In this document: in pieces, positions 16,792 to 25,905 of the stretch
Numbering within the stretch: the first letter of the stretch is position 1
How the letters are laid out: every line of letters begins with the position of its first letter
Assembly (NCBI GenBank): GCA_964504985.1
Contig: CAZDFU010000001.1
Coordinates: 21,752-85,751, forward strand
Direction: 5' to 3'
Source of the DNA: an uncultured Gammaproteobacteria bacterium
GTDB taxonomy: Bacteria > Patescibacteriota > Microgenomatia > Daviesbacterales > UBA10151
Length of the DNA: 64,000 nucleotides
The notes under the pieces: generated by a model
What the model was told of the DNA's origin: nothing
The model's database searches: none
The model's input: the letters and a program-made list of their open reading frames with translations, nothing else
Program-made: the position numbers and the translations under genes

Positions 16792-17589
16792 ATGGCTGAT
16801 ATTAAGGTAATCTACCAGGATCAGGATTTATTAGTGGTGGATAAGCCTGCAGGTTTGGTGGTTGACGCCTCTGAAACACAAAAAGATCATGTTTTAGCAG
16901 ATATCCTGCAAAAGGAGTTTAAAATAACTCTTGAAAGAGGGGGGATAGTCCACAGACTGGATAAAGATACATCTGGTGTTTTGCTGGTTGCTAAAAACCA
17001 GCAAGCCCTGGAGCATTTGCAGGCTCAATTTAAAGAAAGAAAAACAAAGAAAGAATATTTGGCTTTGGTTCATGGGTTGGTGGAAAAGGGTGGAGTAATA
17101 GATGCTGCAATTTTAAGAAATCCTGAGAATAGAGAAAAATTCATAGCTATTTCCGATCAATCCACCTCGAAGGTGAGCTTTGGCTCCTTCGAGGTGTCTT
17201 CTGCCAGGGAAGCTGTGACAGAATATGAGCCAATAAAGTCATTAGTTATGGGTCCAGAGTTCATAGAAAAGATCTTTGAGGGTTTTAACAAGATTCAGTT
17301 ACGCAAACTACGAACTATGAACTACCAACTCTACACTCTTTTGGCCGTAAGGCCAAAAACTGGACGGACGCATCAAATTAGGGTACATTTAAAACACATA
17401 GGGTATCCTATTGTTTGTGATGAAAAGTATGGAGGCAGGAAAGTGGTAAGGCTGGATAAAAGATGGTGTCCCAGGATGTTTTTGCATGCCAAGAAGATTG
17501 GATTCTATCATCCAAAGTCCGGGGAGTGGATAGAGATGGAAAGCGGGTTGGCAGAAGATTTGAGGGAGGCACTAAGTAAATTAACCTAA
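16792..17589 (+). CDS. RluA/RluD family pseudouridine synthase
   Basis: DKPAG, VHRLDKDTSG, TGRTHQIRVH, LHA; contains palindrome and heptamer insertions. Confidence 0.95.
   Translation: MADIKVIYQDQDLLVVDKPAGLVVDASETQKDHVLADILQKEFKITLERGGIVHRLDKDTSGVLLVAKNQQALEHLQAQFKERKTKKEYLALVHGLVEKGGVIDAAILRNPENREKFIAISDQSTSKVSFGSFEVSSAREAVTEYEPIKSLVMGPEFIEKIFEGFNKIQLRKLRTMNYQLYTLLAVRPKTGRTHQIRVHLKHIGYPIVCDEKYGGRKVVRLDKRWCPRMFLHAKKIGFYHPKSGEWIEMESGLAEDLREALSKLT
17163..17196. repeat. CACCT-N3-AGGTG doublet in frame inside the pseudouridine synthase
   Basis: CACCTCGAAGGTG-agctttggc-TCCTTCGAGGTG encoding TSKVSFGSFEV. Confidence 0.8.
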
Positions 17590-17594
17590 TTTAT

Positions 17595-19301
17595 ATGGAT
17601 AATATTTTCATACAACTTGCCATAATTTTGGGTATCTCTTCTTTGCTTGGGTACTTAGTAGTTAAATTTAAGCTGCCCCTTTTAATTGCTTATTTGGTAG
17701 GAGGTTTATTAATTGCTTCAACCTCTGTTTTTGATCCCACAACTTCAGAAGTATTGCATTTTTTACCAGAGATTGGCATTGCTTTTGTATTATTCCTGAT
17801 TGGCATGGAGCTTGATTTAAGGGAGATAAAAAATTTGGGGATCCCGATAATTATAGCAGGATTTTTGCAAATTATTATTACCACGCTTTGTGGTTTTATA
17901 CTGGCTCAGGCCTTTAATTTTGGCATTGCAGAATCAATTTATCTGGGAGTAGGATTATCTTTTTCCTCAACAATTGTGGTAATTAAATTACTTTTGGAGA
18001 AGAAAAACATAACTTCTTTATATGGCAAGCTGTCAATTGGGATACTTCTTTTAGAGGACTTACTGGCAGTTTTAATTTTGCTTGGACTGACAGTTTCTCC
18101 GTCTATGTTTCATCTGGGATTACAACAAACCCTGCCTCTTTTTACCTTTGTTTTAAAAGTTTTCCTGCTTTTTGGAGTGGCTTTAATCTTAAACAGATTC
18201 GCTTTACCAATTATATTCCGCTCAGTTTCTAAATCTTCTGAACTGTTGTTTTTAACAGCCCTGTCATTTTTATTTATTTTTGTTTCTTTTGCCTTGCTTT
18301 TAGGTTTTTCTGTAGTAATTGGGGCATTTTTGGCAGGGGTTGCCCTGGCTTCTTCTCCTTATCATTATCATATCCAGGGCAGGGTTAAACCTTTAAGAGA
18401 CTTTTTTGTGGCTTTGTTTTTTGTTTACCTGGGGACTCAGGCAAACTTTAACGAATTAGGTTCAGTTTATCCTTTGGTAATTATTTTTACCCTCTATGCC
18501 TTAATTGTTAAACCTTTAATTTTCCTTTTGGTTTTGGGAGGGTTTGGTTTTAGAAAGCATACCATGTTTCAAACAGCAGTTAATTTATCTCAAATTTCAG
18601 AATTCTCATTAATAATTTTACTTGTTGGACTGCAGTCTGGTTTGGTTTCATCCCAGGCTTTGACAATAATCACTTTGTCTTTGATAACCTCCATGCTTTT
18701 TTCATCAGTAATGGTTACTCACTCAAATGCTATTTATAAAATTTTAAAACATTTTGTGGCATTTTTTGAAAGAAAAAATATTAAGCATAATTTGGAAATA
18801 GATGATGGCCGTGATTTAAAAAATCATGTGGTGGTTATTGGTGGTCATAGAGTAGGGGGAGAGATAGTTGAGTTTTTAAAAAAAGAGGAAATACCTTTGA
18901 TAGTATTGGATTTTGACCCCAGCCAGGTTGAAAAATTAGTTAAAGAAGGGGTGAAGGTCATTTATGGAGATATATCTGATCCGGAGGTTTTAGAGATGCT
19001 TCAATTGGAATTTTCCAAAATGATCATTTCCACATCTTCTGATGTAGAAGACAATAAGGTGCTTTTGGAAGAGTTAAGGCAAAGGAAGATTGATGCTCCA
19101 GTTGTTGTCAGGGCCTCTACTTTAGAAGATGCTAAGGTTTTATATAAAAAAGGTGCCAGTTATGTGATTATCCCCACGCTTTTGGCAGGTGAATACCTGG
19201 TGGAGAAGTTAAAGAATCATTTAACTGATAAGGAATACTTTGTAAAGAGACCTAAGATTGAGCTTGAGAAACTCCACAGAAAAACTCTGGCCTGGGAATA
19301 A
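17595..19301 (+). CDS. Cation:proton antiporter (CPA2/Kef-type) with C-terminal RCK domain
   Basis: About 12 TM helices, LFLIGMEL, FSSTIVV, LLLED, QISEFS; VVVIGGHRVG and IYGD RCK domain. Confidence 0.92.
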   Translation: MDNIFIQLAIILGISSLLGYLVVKFKLPLLIAYLVGGLLIASTSVFDPTTSEVLHFLPEIGIAFVLFLIGMELDLREIKNLGIPIIIAGFLQIIITTLCGFILAQAFNFGIAESIYLGVGLSFSSTIVVIKLLLEKKNITSLYGKLSIGILLLEDLLAVLILLGLTVSPSMFHLGLQQTLPLFTFVLKVFLLFGVALILNRFALPIIFRSVSKSSELLFLTALSFLFIFVSFALLLGFSVVIGAFLAGVALASSPYHYHIQGRVKPLRDFFVALFFVYLGTQANFNELGSVYPLVIIFTLYALIVKPLIFLLVLGGFGFRKHTMFQTAVNLSQISEFSLIILLVGLQSGLVSSQALTIITLSLITSMLFSSVMVTHSNAIYKILKHFVAFFERKNIKHNLEIDDGRDLKNHVVVIGGHRVGGEIVEFLKKEEIPLIVLDFDPSQVEKLVKEGVKVIYGDISDPEVLEMLQLEFSKMIISTSSDVEDNKVLLEELRQRKIDAPVVVRASTLEDAKVLYKKGASYVIIPTLLAGEYLVEKLKNHLTDKEYFVKRPKIELEKLHRKTLAWE

Positions 19302-19312
19302 TTTTTATCTGA

Positions 19313-20488
19313 ATGCAAAATAAGTTTAAGATTTTACACCAAGACGGTAAGGCAAGATCCGGAATACTGGAAACTGCTCATGGTGCAGTTGAAACCCCAA
19401 ACTTTATTCCAGTTGGCACTAAAGCTTCTGTTAAGGCGCTCTCAAACAGGGATTTAGAAGAGATTGGGGTTCAGATTATCCTTTCTAACACCTATCATTT
19501 AATGCTCAGGCCAGGAGATGAGGTAGTTAAAAAATTAGGGGGTTTACATAAATTTATGAACTGGGATAAGCCCATGATGACTGATTCAGGGGGTTATCAG
19601 GTATTTTCTTTAGGGGTAGGGTTGCAGCATGGGGGCAGTAAAGTATTAAGAAAAGTAGCAAATGGAAAACAGGGAAGCGGGAATTTAAGAAGCAGGCCAA
19701 GATTAAACAAAATATCAGAAGAAGGGGTAACTTTTCAGTCTCATCTGGATGGTAAAAAGTATATGCTTACTCCTGAGTCCTCAATTCAAATACAGGTAAA
19801 TTTAGGGGCAGATCTGATTGTGGCTTTTGATGACCATGAATCAGGCCATTATAATCATGAAGAAACATTAACCTCAGTAGAGTTAACTGAAAGATGGGCT
19901 GAAAGGTCTCTTAATGCCTTAAAAAAGCTCAAAACAGGACAATTGATGTATGGAGTTGTACATGGAGGGGAATTTAAAGACTTAAGAATTAGAAGTGCCA
20001 AATTTACAGATAAATATTTTGATGCTATAGCAATAGGTGGAATCTACCATGATAAAAAAACTTTAAATGATATCTTAGAATGGACAGTTAAATCTGTGTC
20101 AGAAGAAAAAGTAAAACACCTCTTGGGTATTGGAGAAATAGAAAATTTATTTGATGCAGTTGATAGGGGGATAGATCTTTTTGATTGTGTTGCCCCCACG
20201 CGTCTTGCCAGGCATGGTTTTTTATATCCAGGAATTAATATCAGGCTGGCAAAATATAAAGAAGATAAAAACCCAATTAAAAAAGACTGCAGTTGTTTTA
20301 CCTGCCAAAACCATACCAGGGCCTATTTGCATTACCTGCTTGCTGCCGGTGAGTTGCTTTATTACCGGTTAGCCGCTTATCATAATGTTTTCTTTATATC
20401 TAACTTAATGAGGAAAATAAGAGAGGCTATTAAAGAGGGCAGCTTTAAGAAGCTGAAAGCAAAAACGCTCCGATTAAAGGGGAGCTAG
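19313..20488 (+). CDS. tgt: tRNA-guanine transglycosylase
   Basis: TPNFIPVGT, NTYHL, TDSGGYQVFSL, HLLGIG, FDCVAPTR, CSCFTC, HN. Confidence 0.96.
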   Translation: MQNKFKILHQDGKARSGILETAHGAVETPNFIPVGTKASVKALSNRDLEEIGVQIILSNTYHLMLRPGDEVVKKLGGLHKFMNWDKPMMTDSGGYQVFSLGVGLQHGGSKVLRKVANGKQGSGNLRSRPRLNKISEEGVTFQSHLDGKKYMLTPESSIQIQVNLGADLIVAFDDHESGHYNHEETLTSVELTERWAERSLNALKKLKTGQLMYGVVHGGEFKDLRIRSAKFTDKYFDAIAIGGIYHDKKTLNDILEWTVKSVSEEKVKHLLGIGEIENLFDAVDRGIDLFDCVAPTRLARHGFLYPGINIRLAKYKEDKNPIKKDCSCFTCQNHTRAYLHYLLAAGELLYYRLAAYHNVFFISNLMRKIREAIKEGSFKKLKAKTLRLKGS

Positions 20489-20527
20489 TTAAGCCCCCCT
20501 TTACCTTCAAATTCTTTGCAAAGAATT

Positions 20528-20749
20528 TTAAACTACTGGTGTGCCACCAGCGGGATTTTGGTCAGTGCCTGTTTCGCTTTCACCCTCACCGCCTTCTTCA
20601 GTTGGTGTTTCTACAGGTGTTTCTCCTGCTGGAGTTTCTGTAGGAGTTTCTGGTTCCTGAGATGGTTGAGGTGTATCACCTATTCCACCTTGACCCTGGT
20701 CGTCTGCTGGTACATTTGTGCCCATTCCGCCTTGATTTGAATCGTCCAT
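20528..20749 (-). CDS. Small acidic low-complexity protein
   Basis: 73 aa with no K/R or aromatic residues; strong RBS GGAAGGGGGTGA, own promoter-like sequence, hairpin at about 20479-20499 downstream. Confidence 0.65.
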   Translation of the reverse strand: MDDSNQGGMGTNVPADDQGQGGIGDTPQPSQEPETPTETPAGETPVETPTEEGGEGESETGTDQNPAGGTPVV

Positions 20750-20830
20750 TAAAATATCACCCCCTTCCGTCCACTTAGTTTATCTTTAAAGTAGTTGTCA
20801 GGTCAATACCTTTTTAGGTACACTAAAAAT

Positions 20831-21811
20831 ATGCCTTCATGGAGAACTGTCCAATCCAAAAGACAACTGACACAAAAAACTAAATTAGCAGTTTTTGTTT
20901 TGGCTCTAGTATTGGGGTTATTGCTTTTATCCCAGATTGTTAAAGTTACCCAAATAATATTTAGCCCCTGGAAGTTGCAGACAGATAATCAAAAAAAGTT
21001 TTCATGGAATGGGGATTTTAATATAAATTTATTAGTCCGTTCTGGAAAAACTTCACTGGTATCTTTTAGTCCTCAGAATGAGGAAATTACTATTATTAAT
21101 ATTCCTGATTCATTGTTTTTTGAAACAGCATACGGTTTTGGTAAATGGCAGTTCCGTTCTATTTATGATCTGGGTGAAGGAGAAAAAGGTTTAGGAGGAA
21201 ATAAACTAATAAAAAGCAGCCTCTCTTCATTATTTGCTTTACCAATTGATGGGGTAGTGGAGGGTGATTTAGTAAACCTTATCAAAGAAGATAAGTTCTC
21301 AATGCTGAGTGTTTTATTTGACCTTAAATCAGAACTTACACTTATGGAACTAATAAGATTCCAGATTGATGTATCAAGAGTACGGTTTGATAAAGTTAGC
21401 CAGATTGATTTGGAAGAGCAAGGTGTTTTGGAAAAAAGCAATCTTCCTGATGGGAGCGGGGTTTTAACTGCTGATACTGTAAAGCTAGACTCAGTTTTAT
21501 CAAATATGATTGATCCTCTGCTTTCCAAAGAGCATAAAACTATTGCTGTTTTTAATTCAACTGAACACCCCCTGCTTGCCCAAAAAGCAGCCAGGTTAAT
21601 CACTAATATAGGAGGTGATGTTATTATAGTCTCAAACGGCAAAAATAAGCTAAAAACAACTGCAATTTCAGGTGATCAATCAAAGACTTTGGAGCGTCTT
21701 AAGCAAATTTTTGAAGCAAGTGGTACAATTGACCCCAATGATGAGGATTTAGCCTCATCCAGAGCCCAAATCACTTTATTTTTGGGTGAGGACTATTATT
21801 TAAAACAATAA
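20831..21811 (+). CDS. LCP/LytR-like membrane protein with LytR C-terminal domain
   Basis: N-terminal TM, IINIPD, IAVFNST...LAQKAARLITNIG...ITLFLGEDY; start moved to ATG 20831. Confidence 0.75.
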   Translation: MPSWRTVQSKRQLTQKTKLAVFVLALVLGLLLLSQIVKVTQIIFSPWKLQTDNQKKFSWNGDFNINLLVRSGKTSLVSFSPQNEEITIINIPDSLFFETAYGFGKWQFRSIYDLGEGEKGLGGNKLIKSSLSSLFALPIDGVVEGDLVNLIKEDKFSMLSVLFDLKSELTLMELIRFQIDVSRVRFDKVSQIDLEEQGVLEKSNLPDGSGVLTADTVKLDSVLSNMIDPLLSKEHKTIAVFNSTEHPLLAQKAARLITNIGGDVIIVSNGKNKLKTTAISGDQSKTLERLKQIFEASGTIDPNDEDLASSRAQITLFLGEDYYLKQ

Positions 21812-21821
21812 GGGGTTAATT

Positions 21822-22490
21822 ATGATCTTATGGATATTGTTGTTTGGGCTGGTTGTAGCTATCTCTTTTGTGCTTGCATTTAAATCCATGCACGATTTTC
21901 AGGAGATCCCTGCTGAAGGAGGAGAAGAATATGGGTTATTCTTAATCCGCAGACTCAGCCAGCTAAACAAGCAACTCTTAACCTCTTTTCATAAAGAACT
22001 ATCAACCTCAACTCTTTTTATCAGTTTTGAGAGGCTTATAAAAGGGACAAAAGCTGCTTTGGTTGTATACGGCCCAAAAAAAATATTAGCCAAATATAAA
22101 CAACAACTTGATCTTTTAGAGCTTGAAGATTATACAAATGTAAGACCTGAACAATTTGCAGCCTGGGAGGTAGTTGTTAAACATGCTGGTAAACCTGGTT
22201 TTCCGCCTGTGCCTGCTGAGGATCAAATATGGTGGCAGCTGATATTATCTACCAAAGAGGGGAATTTTTTTCATCCCCATATAAGATTGGCAGTGGTATC
22301 TAACCATCCAAAAAGAAGGGATATTCTTAAGGCAAAACTTGCAGATTTGTCACCAGACAAATTTGTAAAATTACCCAACACCTTTTCTAATACCCAGTTG
22401 CTTGATTATTACAATAAAAGAGGTTTTAGGAAAGATGCGCACAATAAGAATCTGAATCCAGATGATGTTATCAGGTTACTTGATGTTTGA
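21822..22490 (+). CDS. Hypothetical membrane-anchored protein
   Basis: ORF with GGGG RBS and N-terminal TM helix; no recognised domain. Confidence 0.6.
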   Translation: MILWILLFGLVVAISFVLAFKSMHDFQEIPAEGGEEYGLFLIRRLSQLNKQLLTSFHKELSTSTLFISFERLIKGTKAALVVYGPKKILAKYKQQLDLLELEDYTNVRPEQFAAWEVVVKHAGKPGFPPVPAEDQIWWQLILSTKEGNFFHPHIRLAVVSNHPKRRDILKAKLADLSPDKFVKLPNTFSNTQLLDYYNKRGFRKDAHNKNLNPDDVIRLLDV

Positions 22491-22496
22491 AAGAAG

Positions 22497-23252
22497 TTAT
22501 ACTACCTGTTCTTCTTCAGCATTTTCCGCATCTTCTTCGTTTTCATTTTGATTATCTAAAGGGGTGAGGATTTCGTGAGTTAAAGTGGAGTCAGAATTTT
22601 CCAAAAATGAGGGTTGATTTTTAAACCTTTTACTTCTATAAATTTCCTTAACCAGCACTGCTAAAGCATTTACCTTAATGGATTTAATAAATAAATCATA
22701 TTTGTTCCCACCGCGGAGCAGTCTTATCAGATGATGACAAATATCATCTGGTAAAACTCCCAGGTAATTAGCATTACTATCTACTATGGTAATTTTCCTG
22801 TTTTTTATAATCATATTAACCTTCATACCGCAATATGCTCTTGATAATTTTTGTGGTTCTGCTACTTTTAAAAGATTGACAATTCTTGTTTTTCCAGGTT
22901 CTTGTAAAAAAAGGGAAGCTGATAGTTTTAGGGACGGAGAAAATTTTACTAGGCCGTTTGCCTGAATTTCTTCCTTTTTCCCATTAGGTTTAAAAGATTT
23001 AATGATTTTTAAATTTTTTATGGCAATTGGGTTATATGGATCAATTCTTACAACTTCAGAATAGTATTTCTTTGCCAAATTATACTTATCCATTTCCATA
23101 TAAACCCGGGCCTGGCGGTTTAGCGCATCAACATTTTGAGGGTCCAGTTTTAAGATTTGTTTGTTCAACTTTAAGGCATCATCCCAGCGGGAATCCAGTG
23201 CAGCCTCGATAGCGTTATGAGTTAAGTTTGAAGACAGGGGAGATTGATCCAT
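22497..23252 (-). CDS. TPR-repeat protein
   Basis: A-x3-A...W..A...ILKLDPQNVDALNR..DPYNPIA TPR pattern; acidic tail. Confidence 0.8.
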   Translation of the reverse strand: MDQSPLSSNLTHNAIEAALDSRWDDALKLNKQILKLDPQNVDALNRQARVYMEMDKYNLAKKYYSEVVRIDPYNPIAIKNLKIIKSFKPNGKKEEIQANGLVKFSPSLKLSASLFLQEPGKTRIVNLLKVAEPQKLSRAYCGMKVNMIIKNRKITIVDSNANYLGVLPDDICHHLIRLLRGGNKYDLFIKSIKVNALAVLVKEIYRSKRFKNQPSFLENSDSTLTHEILTPLDNQNENEEDAENAEEEQVV

Positions 23253-23395
23253 CTAAGGGAAAAAGTATAGAAGAGAAAGAAAGGGTTGTCAATGGTTTCG
23301 CATAATATTTGCCTGGTTTAATTTGTTTCAGTTGTTAAAATAACCAATGCTGTCTTGAAAGTACATTCTAAACCCTATACACTATACTGATTCTC

Positions 23396-24151
23396 ATGAG
23401 CGGTCATAGTAAATGGTCAACAATAAAAAGGCAAAAGGGTGTTGCTGATATTAAAAGGGGGCTAACTTTTACCAAGGTAGCTAATGCAATAACCATTGCT
23501 GCTAAACTGGGGGGCTCAGGTGATCCTGAATCTAATCCAAGATTAAGGATGGTTATTGAGGAGGCAAAAGCTGTTAATATGCCCAAGGAGAATGTTCAGA
23601 GGGCTATAGACCGTGGTTTAGGAAAACTTCCAGGACAAGTCATAGAAGAAGTAACTTACGAAGGGTTTGGTCCGGGAAAAGCAGCCTTTTATTTAGAAGC
23701 AGCTACAGACAATAAGTTAAGGACTTTGCAGGAAATGAAAAATTTCTTTGAAAGGTCAGGAGGATCCTTGGGATCACAAGGTAGTGTTTCTTATATGTTT
23801 GATAGGACTGGAGAAATTAGGGTGAAAAGTAAAGGTGCTTCTTTAGAAGAAGAATTACTGGATTTGATAGATTTAGGGGTAGAAGATGTTCAGGATGATA
23901 AAGAATTACAAGAATATTTAATATATGTACAAGGCTCGCAATTAAATACTATGGGTAATAAAATTACTCAGAGAGGTTATGTAGTGGAATCTCAGGAATT
24001 AATCTATAAGCCCAATATTTTAGTTGAGATAAAGGATCCTGAAATAGCAAAAAGGGTATTGGAGTTTACCCAAAAGTTGGAGGAGCATGATGATATACAA
24101 AAAGTTTATACAAATTTTGATATACCTGATGAATTAATAACACGTTCCTAA
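23396..24151 (+). CDS. yebC: YebC/PmpR family protein
   Basis: MSGHSKWSTIKRQKG, NPRLR, YEGFGPG, DDIQKVYTN. Confidence 0.96.
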   Translation: MSGHSKWSTIKRQKGVADIKRGLTFTKVANAITIAAKLGGSGDPESNPRLRMVIEEAKAVNMPKENVQRAIDRGLGKLPGQVIEEVTYEGFGPGKAAFYLEAATDNKLRTLQEMKNFFERSGGSLGSQGSVSYMFDRTGEIRVKSKGASLEEELLDLIDLGVEDVQDDKELQEYLIYVQGSQLNTMGNKITQRGYVVESQELIYKPNILVEIKDPEIAKRVLEFTQKLEEHDDIQKVYTNFDIPDELITRS

Positions 24152-24204
24152 AGTAAAGCTTTATATTAATTAGAAAACTTAGGGTAAAAGATAAAGAAAA
24201 TTTT

Positions 24205-24735
24205 ATGATAATTTTAGGTATTGATCCCGGAACAGCAACAACAGGATATGGGATTATAAAAGTCCCTGATGATATTTTAGGTAGGGAATATGAATATGAT
24301 ATTGAGCTTATAACTTATGGTAATATCTCAACCCCTAAAGACAGGTTAATGCAGGATAGGCTGCAGATGATTTACTCAGAGTTGGATTATGTGATAAAAA
24401 AATATAAACCCGACCAGATGATTTGTGAAATGTTATTTTTTGGAGCAAATACCAGAACTGCTATTATGGTTGGGCAGGCCAGGGGAGTGATTATGTTAAC
24501 TGCTGCTCAAAACAGGCTGCCTTTTCAGGATTATACGGGATTACAGGTAAAATTAATGGTGGCAGGATCTGGCAGATCAGATAAAAAGCAGGTTCAGGAG
24601 GCTGTCAGAAAGTGGCTGGGGAAAAAAGGGAAGAAAAGGGCGCAATTTAGCAAACTCAAAGGCGGACATATTGATGATGCAATGGATGCAATAGCCATAG
24701 CTATTTGTCATGTGCTGAAATTGGCAGCAAAATAA
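24205..24735 (+). CDS. ruvC: Holliday junction resolvase
   Basis: ILGIDPG, E-x-x-FF, QARG, DDAMDAIAIAICH. Confidence 0.96.
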   Translation: MIILGIDPGTATTGYGIIKVPDDILGREYEYDIELITYGNISTPKDRLMQDRLQMIYSELDYVIKKYKPDQMICEMLFFGANTRTAIMVGQARGVIMLTAAQNRLPFQDYTGLQVKLMVAGSGRSDKKQVQEAVRKWLGKKGKKRAQFSKLKGGHIDDAMDAIAIAICHVLKLAAK

Positions 24736-25518
24736 ATGAAAATTAATATTAACAAGCGCCAGAAAATTATTATAACATCAGTCATCCTAACTATAGGACT
24801 TTTATCAACACAATTGGTTGATTTTAATTTAAGGTTTAGATTTATTGCAGGGTTATCTGTCTTGGCATATTTGCTTTCCCTCTGGTCTCTTTGGGAAGGT
24901 TTAAGTTTAACTAAGGCTATTGTTCTTCTTATATTGCCCACATTTTATACTTTAGCTGTTGCAAGTTTCTATTTTTTGTTGCCTGTTAGGTGGTTAACCA
25001 GACTGCCTGTGGCTTTTGTATTTGGCTTAACTTTTTATCTTTTGCTTCTTTCTCAGAATGTTTTTAATGTAGCCTCAATTAGAACCATTCCTTTATACCG
25101 GGCTGCTTCCACTGCCAGTTTCTTGTTTACCCTTCTTTCTGCTTTTTTTATATTTAATGTTATATATGCTTTTAACTTATTGTTTTTATGGAATGGGGTA
25201 GCAGTATTTTTAATTACCTACCCATTAATATTACAGGTGCTTTGGTCAATCAACATGAAGGATAGGCTTTCAGCAGCTGAATTGATTCAAAGCCTGGTTT
25301 TAGCATTGGGGCTGGGGGAGCTGGCATTAAGTTTTTCCTTTTGGCCTATGCTTACAACCATTTGGTCCTTATCCTTATCCTCAGCAATGTATGTGCTTTT
25401 AGGTTTAACTACTCAGGTATTAAGAGGCAGGGCAAGCAGGAGAGTGGTGTGGGAGTATTTGGGGATAGGGGTGATAGTACTCATAGTGTCTTTTTTTACT
25501 ACTTCCTGGACAGGTTAA
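24736..25518 (+). CDS. Conserved multi-pass membrane protein
   Basis: About 9 TM helices, IPLYRAA motif; abuts the ruvC stop. Confidence 0.75.
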   Translation: MKININKRQKIIITSVILTIGLLSTQLVDFNLRFRFIAGLSVLAYLLSLWSLWEGLSLTKAIVLLILPTFYTLAVASFYFLLPVRWLTRLPVAFVFGLTFYLLLLSQNVFNVASIRTIPLYRAASTASFLFTLLSAFFIFNVIYAFNLLFLWNGVAVFLITYPLILQVLWSINMKDRLSAAELIQSLVLALGLGELALSFSFWPMLTTIWSLSLSSAMYVLLGLTTQVLRGRASRRVVWEYLGIGVIVLIVSFFTTSWTG

Positions 25519-25877
25519 TTTGAAATATAATATCTGAGTTTAGGCTGATATAATAATCCAAACTAATTGAAGTAGAGGAGTGTGAAAAATACCTCAAGAT
25601 TCCGTGAAAAGAAAAAAGATACAGTTTGATATAGTTGCTACCCTCGATGTGGATAACTATAGGGTTATAATTGTAAGATTTTAGCTTCAGTTTTAGCAAG
25701 ATGCATATATATCTGCCAGTGAAGGATACCCGAACCTTCCGGAGAAGAGAACCCCACCCTCTGTGTGCCTTATAAGCACATTGAAACAAAGTAATAGTTA
25801 TTAATCCGCTGTTTTGGATGCAGATTTACAACTTTTCTGACCACTACACTATGGTAGGCAACCTACCCTATGTATTA

Positions 25878-25905
25878 ATGTCGTACAATGTATCTTATGC
25901 GATGT
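25878..25905. other. dif-like Xer recombination site (11-6-11)
   Basis: ATGTCGTACAA-TGTATC-TTATGCGATGT versus E. coli dif GGTGCGCATAA-TGTATA-TTATGTTAAAT; near-symmetric arms; 1.3 kb from the Xer gene; housekeeping gene orientation converges here. Confidence 0.8.

Noticed and set aside
25566-25650. Lysine riboswitch (GAAGTAGAGGAGTG...GATTCCGTGAAAAG resembles its 5' end)
   Set aside because: The downstream conserved elements (GCCGAA, CUGUC, closing P1 strand) are not evident and no lysine-related gene follows.
25648-25656. Perfect DnaA box TGTGGATAA suggesting oriC
   Set aside because: Only one perfect box was seen, dnaA/dnaN are not nearby, and the dif-like site plus converging gene orientation point to a terminus.
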